From assembly GCA_002269645.1 (NCBI GenBank), contig NIVC01001919.1, positions 1 to 40,704 on the forward strand: a stretch of 40,704 bases of DNA. Direction: 5' to 3'. Within the stretch, counting starts at the first letter, position 1; each line of letters begins with the position of its first letter. Origin of the DNA: Macrostomum lignano. Taxonomy: Eukaryota. Positions 1 through 10,741 of this stretch are shown piece by piece. The translations under genes were made by a program, and so were the position numbers. The notes under the pieces are model-generated. The model saw nothing but the letters and a program-made list of their open reading frames with translations. It did not search any database and was not told the origin of the DNA.

Positions 1-1075
1 ACCAGTTGGATCATCACAAAATGTGCTTAATGGCATATAAAAACCCTTGGAAGCATCACCTTTTTTCCATTATGATTTAGCTAAGAAAAATTTTTAACAG
101 ATATTTTGTAAAGTATATATATAACAAAGGTAAGAAAATAAAAAATATATACATAATATATATTGTCATATTGAGATAGCAGGTATTTAAAAAAATATCA
201 ATGCATAAATTCATACTAGTATAAACATATATAAAATAAATTAAAACATCTTTCACAATCAAAGAGTAAGACTTTTAAAAAAGCCTAAAATATAGACATT
301 TATAAGAATTATTAAGCATAAGCCAATTGATAGCATTTTTTATACTTTTAAATCTCTTTTCTCTTTCTCTTCTATATCTATTTGAGAAAATGAATGAATC
401 TGTTTAATGTTGCAATTGCATACTTTATTTCAAAGTGTCTTATCTTATATTCTAAAACAGTTTAAATTGGATATAGATTTAGGATTGGGATTGAAGCCTG
501 TAAATACAAACAAGCATTAAAAATTGCAATTGCCTACTTTAAAATTGTTTCTGACCCTTTTTGAGTCTTTGACTCCATTATCCACCCTCCTCTCCACTTT
601 TTGTGCCATTGCACTTGCTGTTTATCTCTTAGGCTTACAAAAGTAGAAAAGTACGAAGTGAAACGATAATTCTGCATGTGAATGATACTTAATTTTATAA
701 TTTGAAATAACTCTATCATTTCGCTGTGATTCAGATAACAAAATACCAAAATCTGTAGGCAATATACTAACAGTAAATTATTGTTTACAAATATTAAACT
801 TACATTTTATCTTCTTCAATAGGATAACCATATTCATCATACATTGTTGAATTTTTATTAAGATAACAAAGAACGGCAAATAACTAAATAATTTTAAAAT
901 GTTACAGTTGGATTGGATCTGGGCGGCTAGACCACTAAGTATTAATTTTGCCACGAAAACTATTTACCATGGTTCTTGGAAAAGCAAATAGTTAAACTTT
1001 TTCTTCTTATCATATCTTAACAAAATTTTTATGAGAACATCAGAAAATTAAGTTTTTCTTAAATATATACGTAAA
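1..1075 (-). mobile_element. Possible degenerate Helitron-like RepHel N-terminal fragment (DUF6570-like)
   Basis: Very AT-rich block with stop-poor minus-strand frames. Peptides SILPTDFGILL, RFKSIKNAINWLMLNNSY (resembles the Helitron V..AL.WL..NN..Y motif) and KGFYMPLSTFCDDP occur in the expected order. Motif recall only; several stops and frameshifts. Confidence 0.3.
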
Positions 1076-1253
1076 ATATATTTATTTTCCAGCACAGAAG
1101 TTAAAAATTGAAAAACAACGTCTTTCTTTAAAGACTAAAAATGTTCCTCTCTACGTCAGGTGACTAATCACTGTGGATTTCTTCTGTATGAAGTGCCAGA
1201 AACTTAATTTTTACGCAGTTACACTTAAAGACACAAGTGATTTTGAATTTAGG

Positions 1254-2355
1254 TAGTGTTGGGCAAGTTACTCAAAAAAGTAACTTGCGTTACTGTAACT
1301 TAAGTTACCAATTTTTAAAGAGTAACTTACGTTAGCCTAGTAACTTTAGACAAAAACCTGGTAACTTTTAAGTTACTGTCCGTTACTCACTTCCGTTACC
1401 CATGTTATTAACAAAATTTTCTGCTTTTTCACATTGCACATTTTTTCACATTGTTGTTACCGAAATTTGCCATTGGGCATTGGGATTAACCGATTACCAG
1501 ACAGAGACAGGAATTGGCGACACAATGTGAGGCAAGTAGAAGGACCAATGGAAAGGCAATCAATTAATTATTAATTATTAATAAATGATAAAATAAACGA
1601 ATATCAATAATTCAATAGAGTAAAATAAATAGAACTGTATAAAATGGTGTAGTGTACTGCAGTGCCAGTGGAGGGACTTGTGGGAGGCTACAGATGAATT
1701 TCTTTCTTTGGTTGTTTGTTTGAATCAAACTTGAAAATTTTTAGTTACGAAAATGGGCCTTTTCATATTGCTTGCTCTGGTTCCAGAACCAGAACCAATT
1801 TGTGAAGTATAACTTTTTGTCTCCATAACTAGAGGAGATACGTGCTATAAAGTTTTTATTATTGAATGACAATCGCCAAGAAGAAAGTGAAAAATTGTGC
1901 TAAGTTAGGTTGTTAAGGCAGTCAAATATGAACAGAGTTTAATAGTTATACTGCTGTTTTTCTTGGAATTCCGAACCGATTCTGGTTCTGGAATTGGTAA
2001 TATGAAAAGGCCCAATGAAAGGCGAAAATATTTTACCGAAATTAACAAAGTAAAACATGTTTCAAGTATTTCTTCATTAATTAAGCGCAATACCATGATA
2101 CTATTCACTTAATTTTGAATTTAGGAATGAAAAATGCAAAAACATGTGACAACCGGCGTAATAGCTAAGCATTTCAGTTTTAAATTTAAATATTGCGATT
2201 GTTGCAAAGTAACTGAAACGGACTTCTGAAATTTGAGTAACTTACCGTTACTCCGTTACTAAAATAAAAAAGTAACTTGCGTAAGGAACGCTTTACGAAA
2301 AAGTAACTTGCGTTACCATTTGCAAGTTACTCGGTAACGGAAGTGCCCAACACTG
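1254..2355. mobile_element. Non-autonomous hAT-type DNA transposon
   Basis: Terminal inverted repeats (T/C)AGTGTTGGGCA...TGCCCAACACTG; perfect 8-bp TSD AATTTAGG at 1246-1253 and 2356-2363; many subterminal GTAAC/GTTAC motifs at both ends; no transposase ORF. Confidence 0.85.
1755..2013. mobile_element. PIF/Harbinger-like MITE nested in the hAT element
   Basis: 15-bp TIR GGGCCTTTTCATATT/AATATGAAAAGGCCC with inner inverted CCAGAACCAGAA; 3-bp TSD AAT at 1752-1754 and 2014-2016. Confidence 0.75.
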
Positions 2356-3844
2356 AATTTAGGAATGCCTTATTCGACGTTGTTGTCTGTATGAAGCCTC
2401 ACATGCATCAGCGAGTCGTTTTAACAACTGCACATCGAAATCAATCGAATTGTCATCAGTATTAAAGTCACACACGACAGATGCATAATTTTCTGTATTA
2501 TTTCAATGTATTACACCAACATAAGCAGAGGCATCGCTAAAGGGGGGCAAGAATTACATCCCCTTATAATCAATAAATTTAATAAAATTTTGAATGCTAG
2601 TCCTATAATCTGCAAAGAAACAAGATCTGAATACACACAGATCCATTCGAATAAAACTAAGACAGAAAATTGTACAAAGGCGTCGTGATCATGGATCGGA
2701 TAAACAAACATATTGGATTGGTGTGTGGCCGCATCGTATTTATATAGCCTGTTGCATATTTATTATATTTGTATTAGTCAATACGCTTTGCAATACGGTT
2801 GTGGGACGCGGGAGAACCCGGCTGATTGCTTTTTGTGTTTGCAATTCTCCTGGGTATTTTCAATTTAATACAACTTTACACGTCAACTAAATTAGGAATT
2901 TTTACACATGATATTATAAAATATAATTGTTTAAAATGCTTGCACGGGCACAGCTGCCGCGGGGAACAAGTGTGTGCTTTTGTGTGAGAGACACGAGTTG
3001 TGAATTTATTGAAACAGAGCTTTAATTAACAACCAACAATCAGACACTGTCACTAATATATTACTACTCATAGTAACAAGTACGAGAATTTGAACGGATA
3101 TTTTAAAAAAATGCAAGGATTTAAAAATCAGGCAACATGAAAAACAGACGAATAATATTACAGCACAAGATACAACGGGAGCGCAAACGAAGAATTTTGG
3201 AACAGCTAAATCCGGACTTTGCCAGCTTGGGAATGAACAGTATTTGAACAGGCAAATTTATTAAACTTACAAGCTTTACTAAACTGAAAAACATTTTAGT
3301 TTTACAATAATTTTTACAATATTTGCTTACACGGAAAGGACACAAAAACGAAGATTAAAAAAGCAACAACTATTTTGCTAGCACAGGAAGCGGGCTTTAT
3401 AATAATCAAATTTTGAATGACGGAGTGCTTTTGGGACATCGCCAGTGTCTACGCTTTACCAAATCAATGCTGAGTGTGAAAGAACACAGCTATTTATTCT
3501 ATATTACTTATTTCTATCAGTAGCATTACGATATCATATAGGTGGGAAAAGACACGCCTTGGTGTATAAATGAAATTTTGCCTAGATAAAACCCCAAGAA
3601 TCCTAAAGCAGTAAAGGCTGTCTGTTCAAAGCAATAAAAATGGCCTGCTTGTTTTTTGGCTAATTAGGTGCGAGAGACATCAACTTTGCTGGTCTAAGCT
3701 GCAGACAGCAGAGTCACGGCACCAAACGGCACCAATGATAATCTAGCTTAGTATCATTTACTCACTGAGATAGTGTGGCCTATCTAGCGTTTTAGAATCC
3801 CATCGAACCTATTAAACACGTCACATTTATTTCGATACATTAGC

Positions 3845-4100
3845 AACCTTTGAAGCTTTTCTGCTATGAATTATTATTAAATGAATTACTTATCTTTCGA
3901 TACATATCGGCTAAATTAAGCTAGAAACCTTGAAGCTTTTCTGCTATGAATTATTATTAAATGAATTACTTATCTTTCGATACATATCGGCTAAATTAAG
4001 CTAGAAACCTTGAAGCTTTTCTGCAATGAATTATAATTCAATGAATTACTTATCTTTCGATACATATCGGCTAAATTAAGCTATCAACCTCAAAGCTTTC
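3845..4100. repeat. 80-bp tandem repeat, about 3 copies
   Basis: Unit CCTTGAAGCTTTTCTGCTATGAATT...GCTAAATTAAGCTAGAAA repeated just 3' of the ARID2 stop codon. Confidence 0.9.
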
Positions 4101-4146
4101 TCCAACGATATTGATTATGGATTCAATAATTCAGTTGAAGTAGTAG

Positions 4147-7100
4147 TCAGGCCAAGTCGCACACGCACTGGCTAACAATGAGGGCCGCCTCGCTGCCGGA
4201 CAGGCAAATCTCGGCCAGATAGTCCGAATAGCCGGACACGAATAGCCTGGCCGGCTGGGCGTGCCTAAGCAGATTTCGCAGAGCCAGGGCCGCAGTCAGC
4301 CTGATGTGCTTCGTCACCGGGCCCTCCCGGCTGGACACTGACGAACCCGATGGCGAGGAGGCTGCGGCAGCGGCCGCCGCGGCGGCAGCGTTAGCAACCA
4401 CTTCGCGAGCGGCCAGCCGGTGGATGGCGTGCCTGGCCGCATCCTCCGGCAGTCGCAGCATCGCCGGCTGGTTGGCATTCTTTCCTTCGTTGGCAATTGA
4501 CGCCGAGGAAGACGACGGCGATAGGGCTACGGCGCGGCGACGCTGAAGTGAGGCTTGGAGAGCTCGCTCGGAACAGTGCGACTCCTGCACGTGGGCCAGC
4601 AGGGAGTAGGCCCCGCGCGGCGTGGGATCGCAGCCGCGCCACAGGCAGCGGCATTGGTAGGACTGGCCGCTGGACTGGCCGCTGTCCCGCAGGTGGCGGG
4701 TGTAGACGTGGTGCAGCACTCGGGCAGGCGTGTCGCCGCAATACCAACAGCCGTCCCATTCGCACAGGAGGCCCAGCGGAGGCTGCTGCGGAGTTGACGG
4801 CGGTCCGACAATGCGAATCAACTGCTGCTGCTGTTGCTGAGGCTGCTGGGAAGTCGGCTTAGGCTGGGAGTCGTGACCGTTCGGCAGGATGGAAACGGAG
4901 GCGCCGTTAGGCAGAGACGGGTGATGCCCGTTGACTAAGACCTGCTGCTGCTGCTGCTGCTGTTTGGCCTTGGCGGCGGCTTCGCCCGGCCTGAGGTGGT
5001 TCAGCACCCGCTCGATGACGGCCTCGTGGCCCAGCACTGCCGGGCTGTCCGCTGCGGCGCTTGGCGAGGCCGCGGAATCGGTGACGGCGGTGCTGGCCGG
5101 ATCGCTCGAGCTGTTGCTGCCAGTCGCCTGCGGTTCCGACGCGGTCATCAAGCGCCCGCCGGCGGCCGCCGCTGATGAAGAATCGTCACTTGAGGACACG
5201 GACGAGCAGGAGTTTCGCCGGCGCGGCTGCCTCTGCTGCTGCTCCGTCTGCTTCTGGCGTTGGTCCTGCTTTTCAGTCAGAACTTTCTTAGTCGGAGTAG
5301 AAGCTTCCTCTAGCACCAGTTTCGAGTTGTCATTGTCCATGGTGGGCGCGGCCGGCTGCTGGACAATGGACAGCCCGCCGTTCTGCAGCTCTGGAGCGGC
5401 CGAGAAGCCCAGGTCGCTGGGGAGATTTAGAGGGAGGGGGTTGATTAGGGTGTTGTTATGGTTTTGGGATTGAGTGGATTAAAAGGCTCCTGATTTGGCG
5501 GTTTACTCATGCCTGACTGGGGTAGAATCGTACTTTTACTGGGTGAATATTCTCACGCCTAATTAGATAAGATTCTCACGCCTAATTAGATAAGATTCTC
5601 ACGCTTAATTAGATTCTCACGCCTAATTAGATGAGATTCTCACGCATAATTAGATGAGATTCTCACAGTCTCACACCTAATTAGATGAGATTCTTACACC
5701 TAATTAGATGAGATTCTTACACCTAATTACATGAGATTTTCACGCCTAATTAGATGAGATTCTCACGCATAATTAGATCAGATTCTCACGCAAAATTAGA
5801 TGAGATTCTCACGCAAAATTAGATGAGATTCTCACGCATAATTAGATGAGATTCTCACGCCTAATTAGATGAGATTCTCACGCCTAATTAGATGAGATTC
5901 TCACGCCTAATTAGATGAGATTCTCACGCATAATTAGATGAGATTCTCACGCATAATTAGATGAGATTCTCACGCCTAATTAGATGAGATTCTCACGCAT
6001 AATTAGATGAGATTCTCACGCCTAATTAGATGAGATTCTCACGCATAATTAGATGAGATTCTCACGCATAATTAGATGAGATTCTCACGCCTAATTACAT
6101 GAAAAATGAAAATCTCACGCATAATTAGATGAGTTTCTCACAGTCTCACACCTAACTAGATGAGATTCTCAGCATAATTAGATGAGATTCTCACAGTCTC
6201 ACACCTAATTAGATGAGATTCTCAAGCATAATTACATGAAAAATGAAAATCTCACGCATAATTAGATAGCGTGAGCAAAAAACCGCAGCAAAAAAACACC
6301 GCTAAACCCGCTCACCCAAGCAGCGAGCAGAAGTCGGCGAGCGTCAGGAAGGGCGCCCCGTTGAACTGAGCGGCGAAGGCGCGACCGCAGTCGGCATGCA
6401 GCAGAGACAGCCTGTGCGGTCCCGGCGTCACACGGCGACTGCGCAGCCACCAGACGATGTAGTCGCGCAGATTAGGCGGCTGCTGAGCTTGAATATGATT
6501 AGACTGCTGTTGAGACTGGCGGACAAGAGCAACTTGCTGTTGTTGCTGCTGCTGCTGAGGTGGCGGAGGCGGTGGAGGCGGCATGCCGCAGTCGTTAGGT
6601 GCACCCACTGCAGCAGCTGCCGTCGCCGCCGCCGCCGCTGATGCAGCCGCCGCAGCCGCAGCAGAAGCAGCCGGAGTCGAACCAGCCGCGGCGCCGGGAC
6701 CCTGGAAGATCTTGATGCCGACAATGCCGGCGCTGCCAACCTGGGAGGCCTCGAAGGTGAGCAGCGACAGCAGGACGCGAAGCAGCTCCGGCGAGGGCGA
6801 ACACAGCCGGGTTGAACAGTCGCCACCGACGCCTGACAGCCGATTGGCGGCCTCCAGGGCTGCCAGCATCAGTTGAAGATCCTTCAGGAGCAGCCAGGCG
6901 GCGAGGTTGTCGGCAAGATCGGCGGGCAGAAGGTCGACGTCTGACTGAAGGCGCTTCCAGTTGTCGGGCTGGCTGGCTAGGCAGCAGAGCAACTCGAGAC
7001 CTGGCGAGTTTTTAAGCAATTTTCCAACTAATTTTTCTACTAACTGCCAAACTGACCTACTCAAATCAGTAACAATGCAAGCATTTTTACTGCAAAATTT

Positions 7101-10100
7101 AATTGAGCTGCAAAATCATCAATAAACAATAAAGCCGTCCGTCATTTTTGTGCTGGCTTTTTTTTCGCTAAACTTAAAATCAGTCAAACTTTCATATAGA
7201 ATTCGAAATTTATGATAGATTTTTAGCCTTGACCTCCGCTAGATGGCTCCCCATCTCAAATGCCAGGGGGCCGCTGACCCCCTTGACCTCCTCAAGACCT
7301 CAACATGGCTTCCCATCTCAAATGCCAGGGGCCACTGACCCCCTGACCTCCTCAAGACCTCAACATGGCTTCCCATCTCAAATGCCAGGGGCCGCTGACC
7401 CCTTGACCTCAACATGGCTTCCCATCTCAAATGCCAGGGGCCGCTGACCCCCTTGACCTCCTACATGGCTCCCCATCTCAGATGTCAGAGGGCCGCTGAC
7501 CCCTTGACCTCCTCTACATGGCTCCCCATCTCTGTCAGGGGGCCGCTGACCTCCCTGTTTAAGTAAGGAGTGATATGCTTTGCTGAATTGGCATTCCTTC
7601 CAGCACACAAAACCTGGTTAATTCTCTCCAACGATCCCACAGACTCACCCCGCACAATCAACTGCCGATCCTGACTGCCTAGGCACCGCCGCAGCAGCAG
7701 CTGCATTGCCGTGGCCAGCCTGGCCGAGTGCAGAACAATCGGCAGCGAGGCCAGCGAGTCCAGCGCCAGATGCTGCAAAGTGGAGTGCCGGCTGGCGGCA
7801 CACAGCAGGAGGAGGCGCAGGGCTGGCGGCGAACGCGTCAAAGCGACGGCATTTGGCCGATCCTCGAGCACCAGGTTGCGCAGCGCGGTGACGATTAGGA
7901 CAACACGTTGGCCGGCGAGATCGCGCAGGCCCAGATCTGCGGTGAGATTCATCAGCCGCCAGACAGGTTCAGCGTCGGGGATGTCGACGTTTTCGACGGC
8001 GTCAGAGTCAGACTGATCGTGCGACAGCCAGGTGGGAGAGAGCAGATTGCGAAATTCGCTGTCCCAGACCGACTCGTACCAGAACTAAAAAACATTGGGA
8101 AACAAAAAACACTGATAATTTTGCATCAAGCTACTTTTTATGAGTAGCACTATTTGCATATAAAAAAGGAAATGAAAAACAACAAACTTACCCGTAGCAT
8201 GTTTGTCTTATTTTGGCTCAGCCACTCTTGCATCAATGGAAAATACGATCGAGGGCCTAAAATTAAATGGTATTTCATTGGTTGTTAACATCACACTCAT
8301 CAGTTTACAGAGATCAGTGTTTTCTCCATGTAATGCCATACATGCATTAAGCCCTTCAGGTCCATCAGTAATCTGCCGCTGACCATTCAGAGGTCTGCCA
8401 CTGCTCCCACTGATCCTTCAGTGATCTGCCACTGCCCCACTGATCCTTCAGTGATCTGCCACTGCCCCACTGATCCTTCAGTGATCTGCCACTGCTCCCA
8501 GTGATCCTTCAGTGACTGCCACTGCTCCCACTGATCCTTCAGTGATCTGCCACTGCTCCCACTGATCCTTCAGTGATCTGCCACTGCTCCCAGTGATCCT
8601 TCAGTGATCTGCCACTGCCCCACTGATCCTTCAGTGATCTGCCACTGCCCCCACTGATCCTTCAGTGATCTGCCACTGCCCCACTGATCCTTCAGTGATC
8701 TGCCACTGCCCCCACTGATCTTCAGTGATCTGCCACTGCTCCCACTGATCCTTCAGTGATCTGCCACTACCCCCCACTGATCCTTCAGTGATCTACCACT
8801 GCTCCTACTAATCCTTCAGTCAGTGATCTGCCACTGCCCCCCCACTGATCCTTCGGTGATCTGCCACTGCCCCACTGATCCTTCGGTGATCTTCCACTGC
8901 CCCCCACTAATCCTTCGGTGATCTGCAACTGCCCCACTGACCTTCAGCCAGTGATCTGCCAGTGCCCGCTACTGACCTTCAGTCAGTGATCTGCCACTGC
9001 CCGCTACTGACCTTTCAGCCAGTGATCTGCCAGTGCCCGCCAGCCATGCCCCCAAACTCACCAGAATCGAACACCCCAGCGTGAGCGGCCAGCAGTTCGA
9101 GAATTCTCGGATTGGACAGCAGCTGGAATCCACCAGGCTGATAAGACATCAACAGGCAGGCATTGATGGCAAAGTCAACTTCGTTTGGCAGTCCGCACAG
9201 CAGCGCCTTCTCCATGGAAGCCAATTCTGTGGAGTCAACTAAATCGCAGGACAAGCCCCACTGCTCGCGCATATGCGCTGCCAGTATGTGGCTCTGCACA
9301 TTGTAGACAGCTGGACAGGCCATTTCGCCTGGTACAGCGGTGCCAGCAGCCGCCGCAGCCGCAACCGCCGCGGCATTGGAGGTCTCCGATGCGAAACTCT
9401 GCGAACGCTTAACTCGAGACGACATCGACATCGACATTGACGATTCGGCGTCGTTGCTATCTTCGTCGTAGGCGGGGCGGACAAAGCCGGACAGATCTTT
9501 GTCCGGTTCGTGCTGGTGATGCTGCTGATGCCGTTCGAAGGGCTCCAGATAGCGCAGGTACACTTGTCTAATAGCCATCTCTGCGTTGGCACAGTACTTG
9601 TACAGGCCCATGGACTCCAGGACACGGTACCAGTCCTCTGCATCGTTCACCTGATATTAGATAATGAAACAATGAGAAAACATGATGGATATTGGATAAT
9701 AAAAGTTCCTTGTCATCTGAATTAGCTGATGACCTAATTTAAAGCGGGATTCTGTCCGGATAATGGGACACTTCGCCCCTATTGGGGGCAAAGGGGAGGT
9801 GCCGAGTTGCAGAGAAGATAAATGGGAGGCTGGGAGATTCTATAAGAGAATTCTGTAGTAGACTTGGCCTTTCGGGCGATTCAGGCAGCCCCCCCCCATC
9901 GAAGGTCCTGCCCGTCGCCCGACGTTGAGAAACTCAGAGCCCTGTGTGGGTCGTCTTGTCGCTACGCACACAGGGACGGATCTCTGGGGGGGAGGGGGTC
10001 AAGGGGTCCCGCTGTCCGAGACACTTAAAAAGATTCTACCATATATTTATGGGCCTATTTATCTAAGTTCTGCCACTTAAAAAGCGACCCCCACACAGTC

Positions 10101-10621
10101 AAGCAAACGCATGAATTCAAATAACGCTACCAACTCACCCGTCTGTAGCCGCCAAGAGACGCTACCGTATTATACAGGCGCAGAAAGTCGACCCGTCTGC
10201 CAAGCACCACCGGTGCGTGCAGGAAGGGTGTTCTAAAAATAGTTTTGTTGAACAAAAATGATTATTTAACCAAGTACAGCTTAGGTCAGAAGTACAGGAG
10301 GGACGGCGGCGGCGGCGGAGCAAGCGGTGGGAAGCCCCGGAGCCGGTCAAGAAGTTATTCAATTTATGATTACATATTAGTACCATAAGCCTCACGGATT
10401 CGCCAACAGTATTTAGCGATAGTGCACTTACAGGCATACACGGGGAGAAATCAGTGTCAATCAGAAGGTATATTTTCAACATTTCAATTTGTTACTCACT
10501 TTCTGGCGTAATGAAAATCCCTCAATTTCGTGGCGAATGCGTGCCGATCCTGTTCTGTTGCCATAGCAACTGGTTCGATTGTCGACGCCGAAGACGCGGC
10601 GGCGAGTTTGCGTTTACTCAT
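4147..10621 (-). CDS. ARID2: AT-rich interactive domain protein 2 (PBAF subunit BAF200) orthologue, 7 exons, 1086 aa
   Basis: Exons 10621-10500, 10232-10139, 9650-9062, 8256-8192, 8084-7649, 7000-6316, 5416-4147; all GT-AG and phase-compatible (3261 nt, no frameshift). ARID domain (AFATKLRDFHYARKTPF...LYNTVASLGGY...YLRYLEPFE), LLCGLPNEVDFAIN...LLAAHAGVFD, GQRVV...LRNL, RFX-like segment, two C2H2 fingers and C-terminal EGPVTKHIRLTAALALRNL all match ARID2 family motifs. Confidence 0.95.
5549..6267. repeat. 23-bp minisatellite in ARID2 intron 6, about 30 copies
   Basis: Unit GAGATTCTCACGC(C/A)TAATTAGAT with variant units. Confidence 0.95.
7229..7553. repeat. Variable-length (about 50-65 bp) minisatellite in ARID2 intron 5
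   Basis: Repeated CCCCTTGACCTC...ACATGGCTTCCCATCTCAAATGCCAGGGGCCGCTGA units. Confidence 0.9.
8366..9039. repeat. About 30-bp minisatellite in ARID2 intron 3
   Basis: Unit CCACTGATCCTTCAGTGATCTGCCACTGC(C/T)C with variable C-runs. Confidence 0.95.
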
Positions 10622-10631
10622 CGGGGCTTGA

Positions 10632-10660
10632 CTGGACAAGGGAGAAAGCAAAATTTTAAA
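10632..10660 (-). promoter_or_regulatory. Splice acceptor 10 nt before the ARID2 ATG (5' UTR intron or SL trans-splice site)
   Basis: Minus strand TTTTGCTTTCTCCCTTGTCCAG|TCAAGCCCCG-ATG; strong polypyrimidine tract plus CAG. Confidence 0.45.
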
Positions 10661-10679
10661 CTAAATTTTTAAATTGCTG

Positions 10680-10741
10680 GTAAACGGTGAGAGTAACTAT
10701 GATCATCTTAACATACGTAAATGCCTCGTCATCTAATTAGT
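10680..10741 (+). pseudogene. Isolated 62-nt 28S rRNA fragment (helix 69-71 region, R2/I-PpoI target)
   Basis: GTAAACGGTGAGAGTAACTATGATCATCTTAACATACGTAAATGCCTCGTCATCTAATTAGT versus the conserved eukaryotic LSU GTAAACGGCGGGAGTAACTATGACTCTCTTAAGGTAGCCAAATGCCTCGTCATCTAATTAGT (recalled): 52/62 identical, ungapped, with a perfect 23-nt block at 10719-10741. Confidence 0.8.

Noticed and set aside
1-3350. Ciliate-code (TAA/TAG = Gln) genes from a contaminant
   Set aside because: Frames lacking TGA of this length can arise by chance in AT-rich DNA, and the block hosts a hAT with the same termini as one elsewhere in the window; a decayed TE is simpler.
4304-7015. Many plus-strand and alternate-frame ORFs over ARID2 exons, also over PEPCK, ALP and 37178-40521
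   Set aside because: Shadow ORFs of GC-rich coding DNA with no independent motifs.
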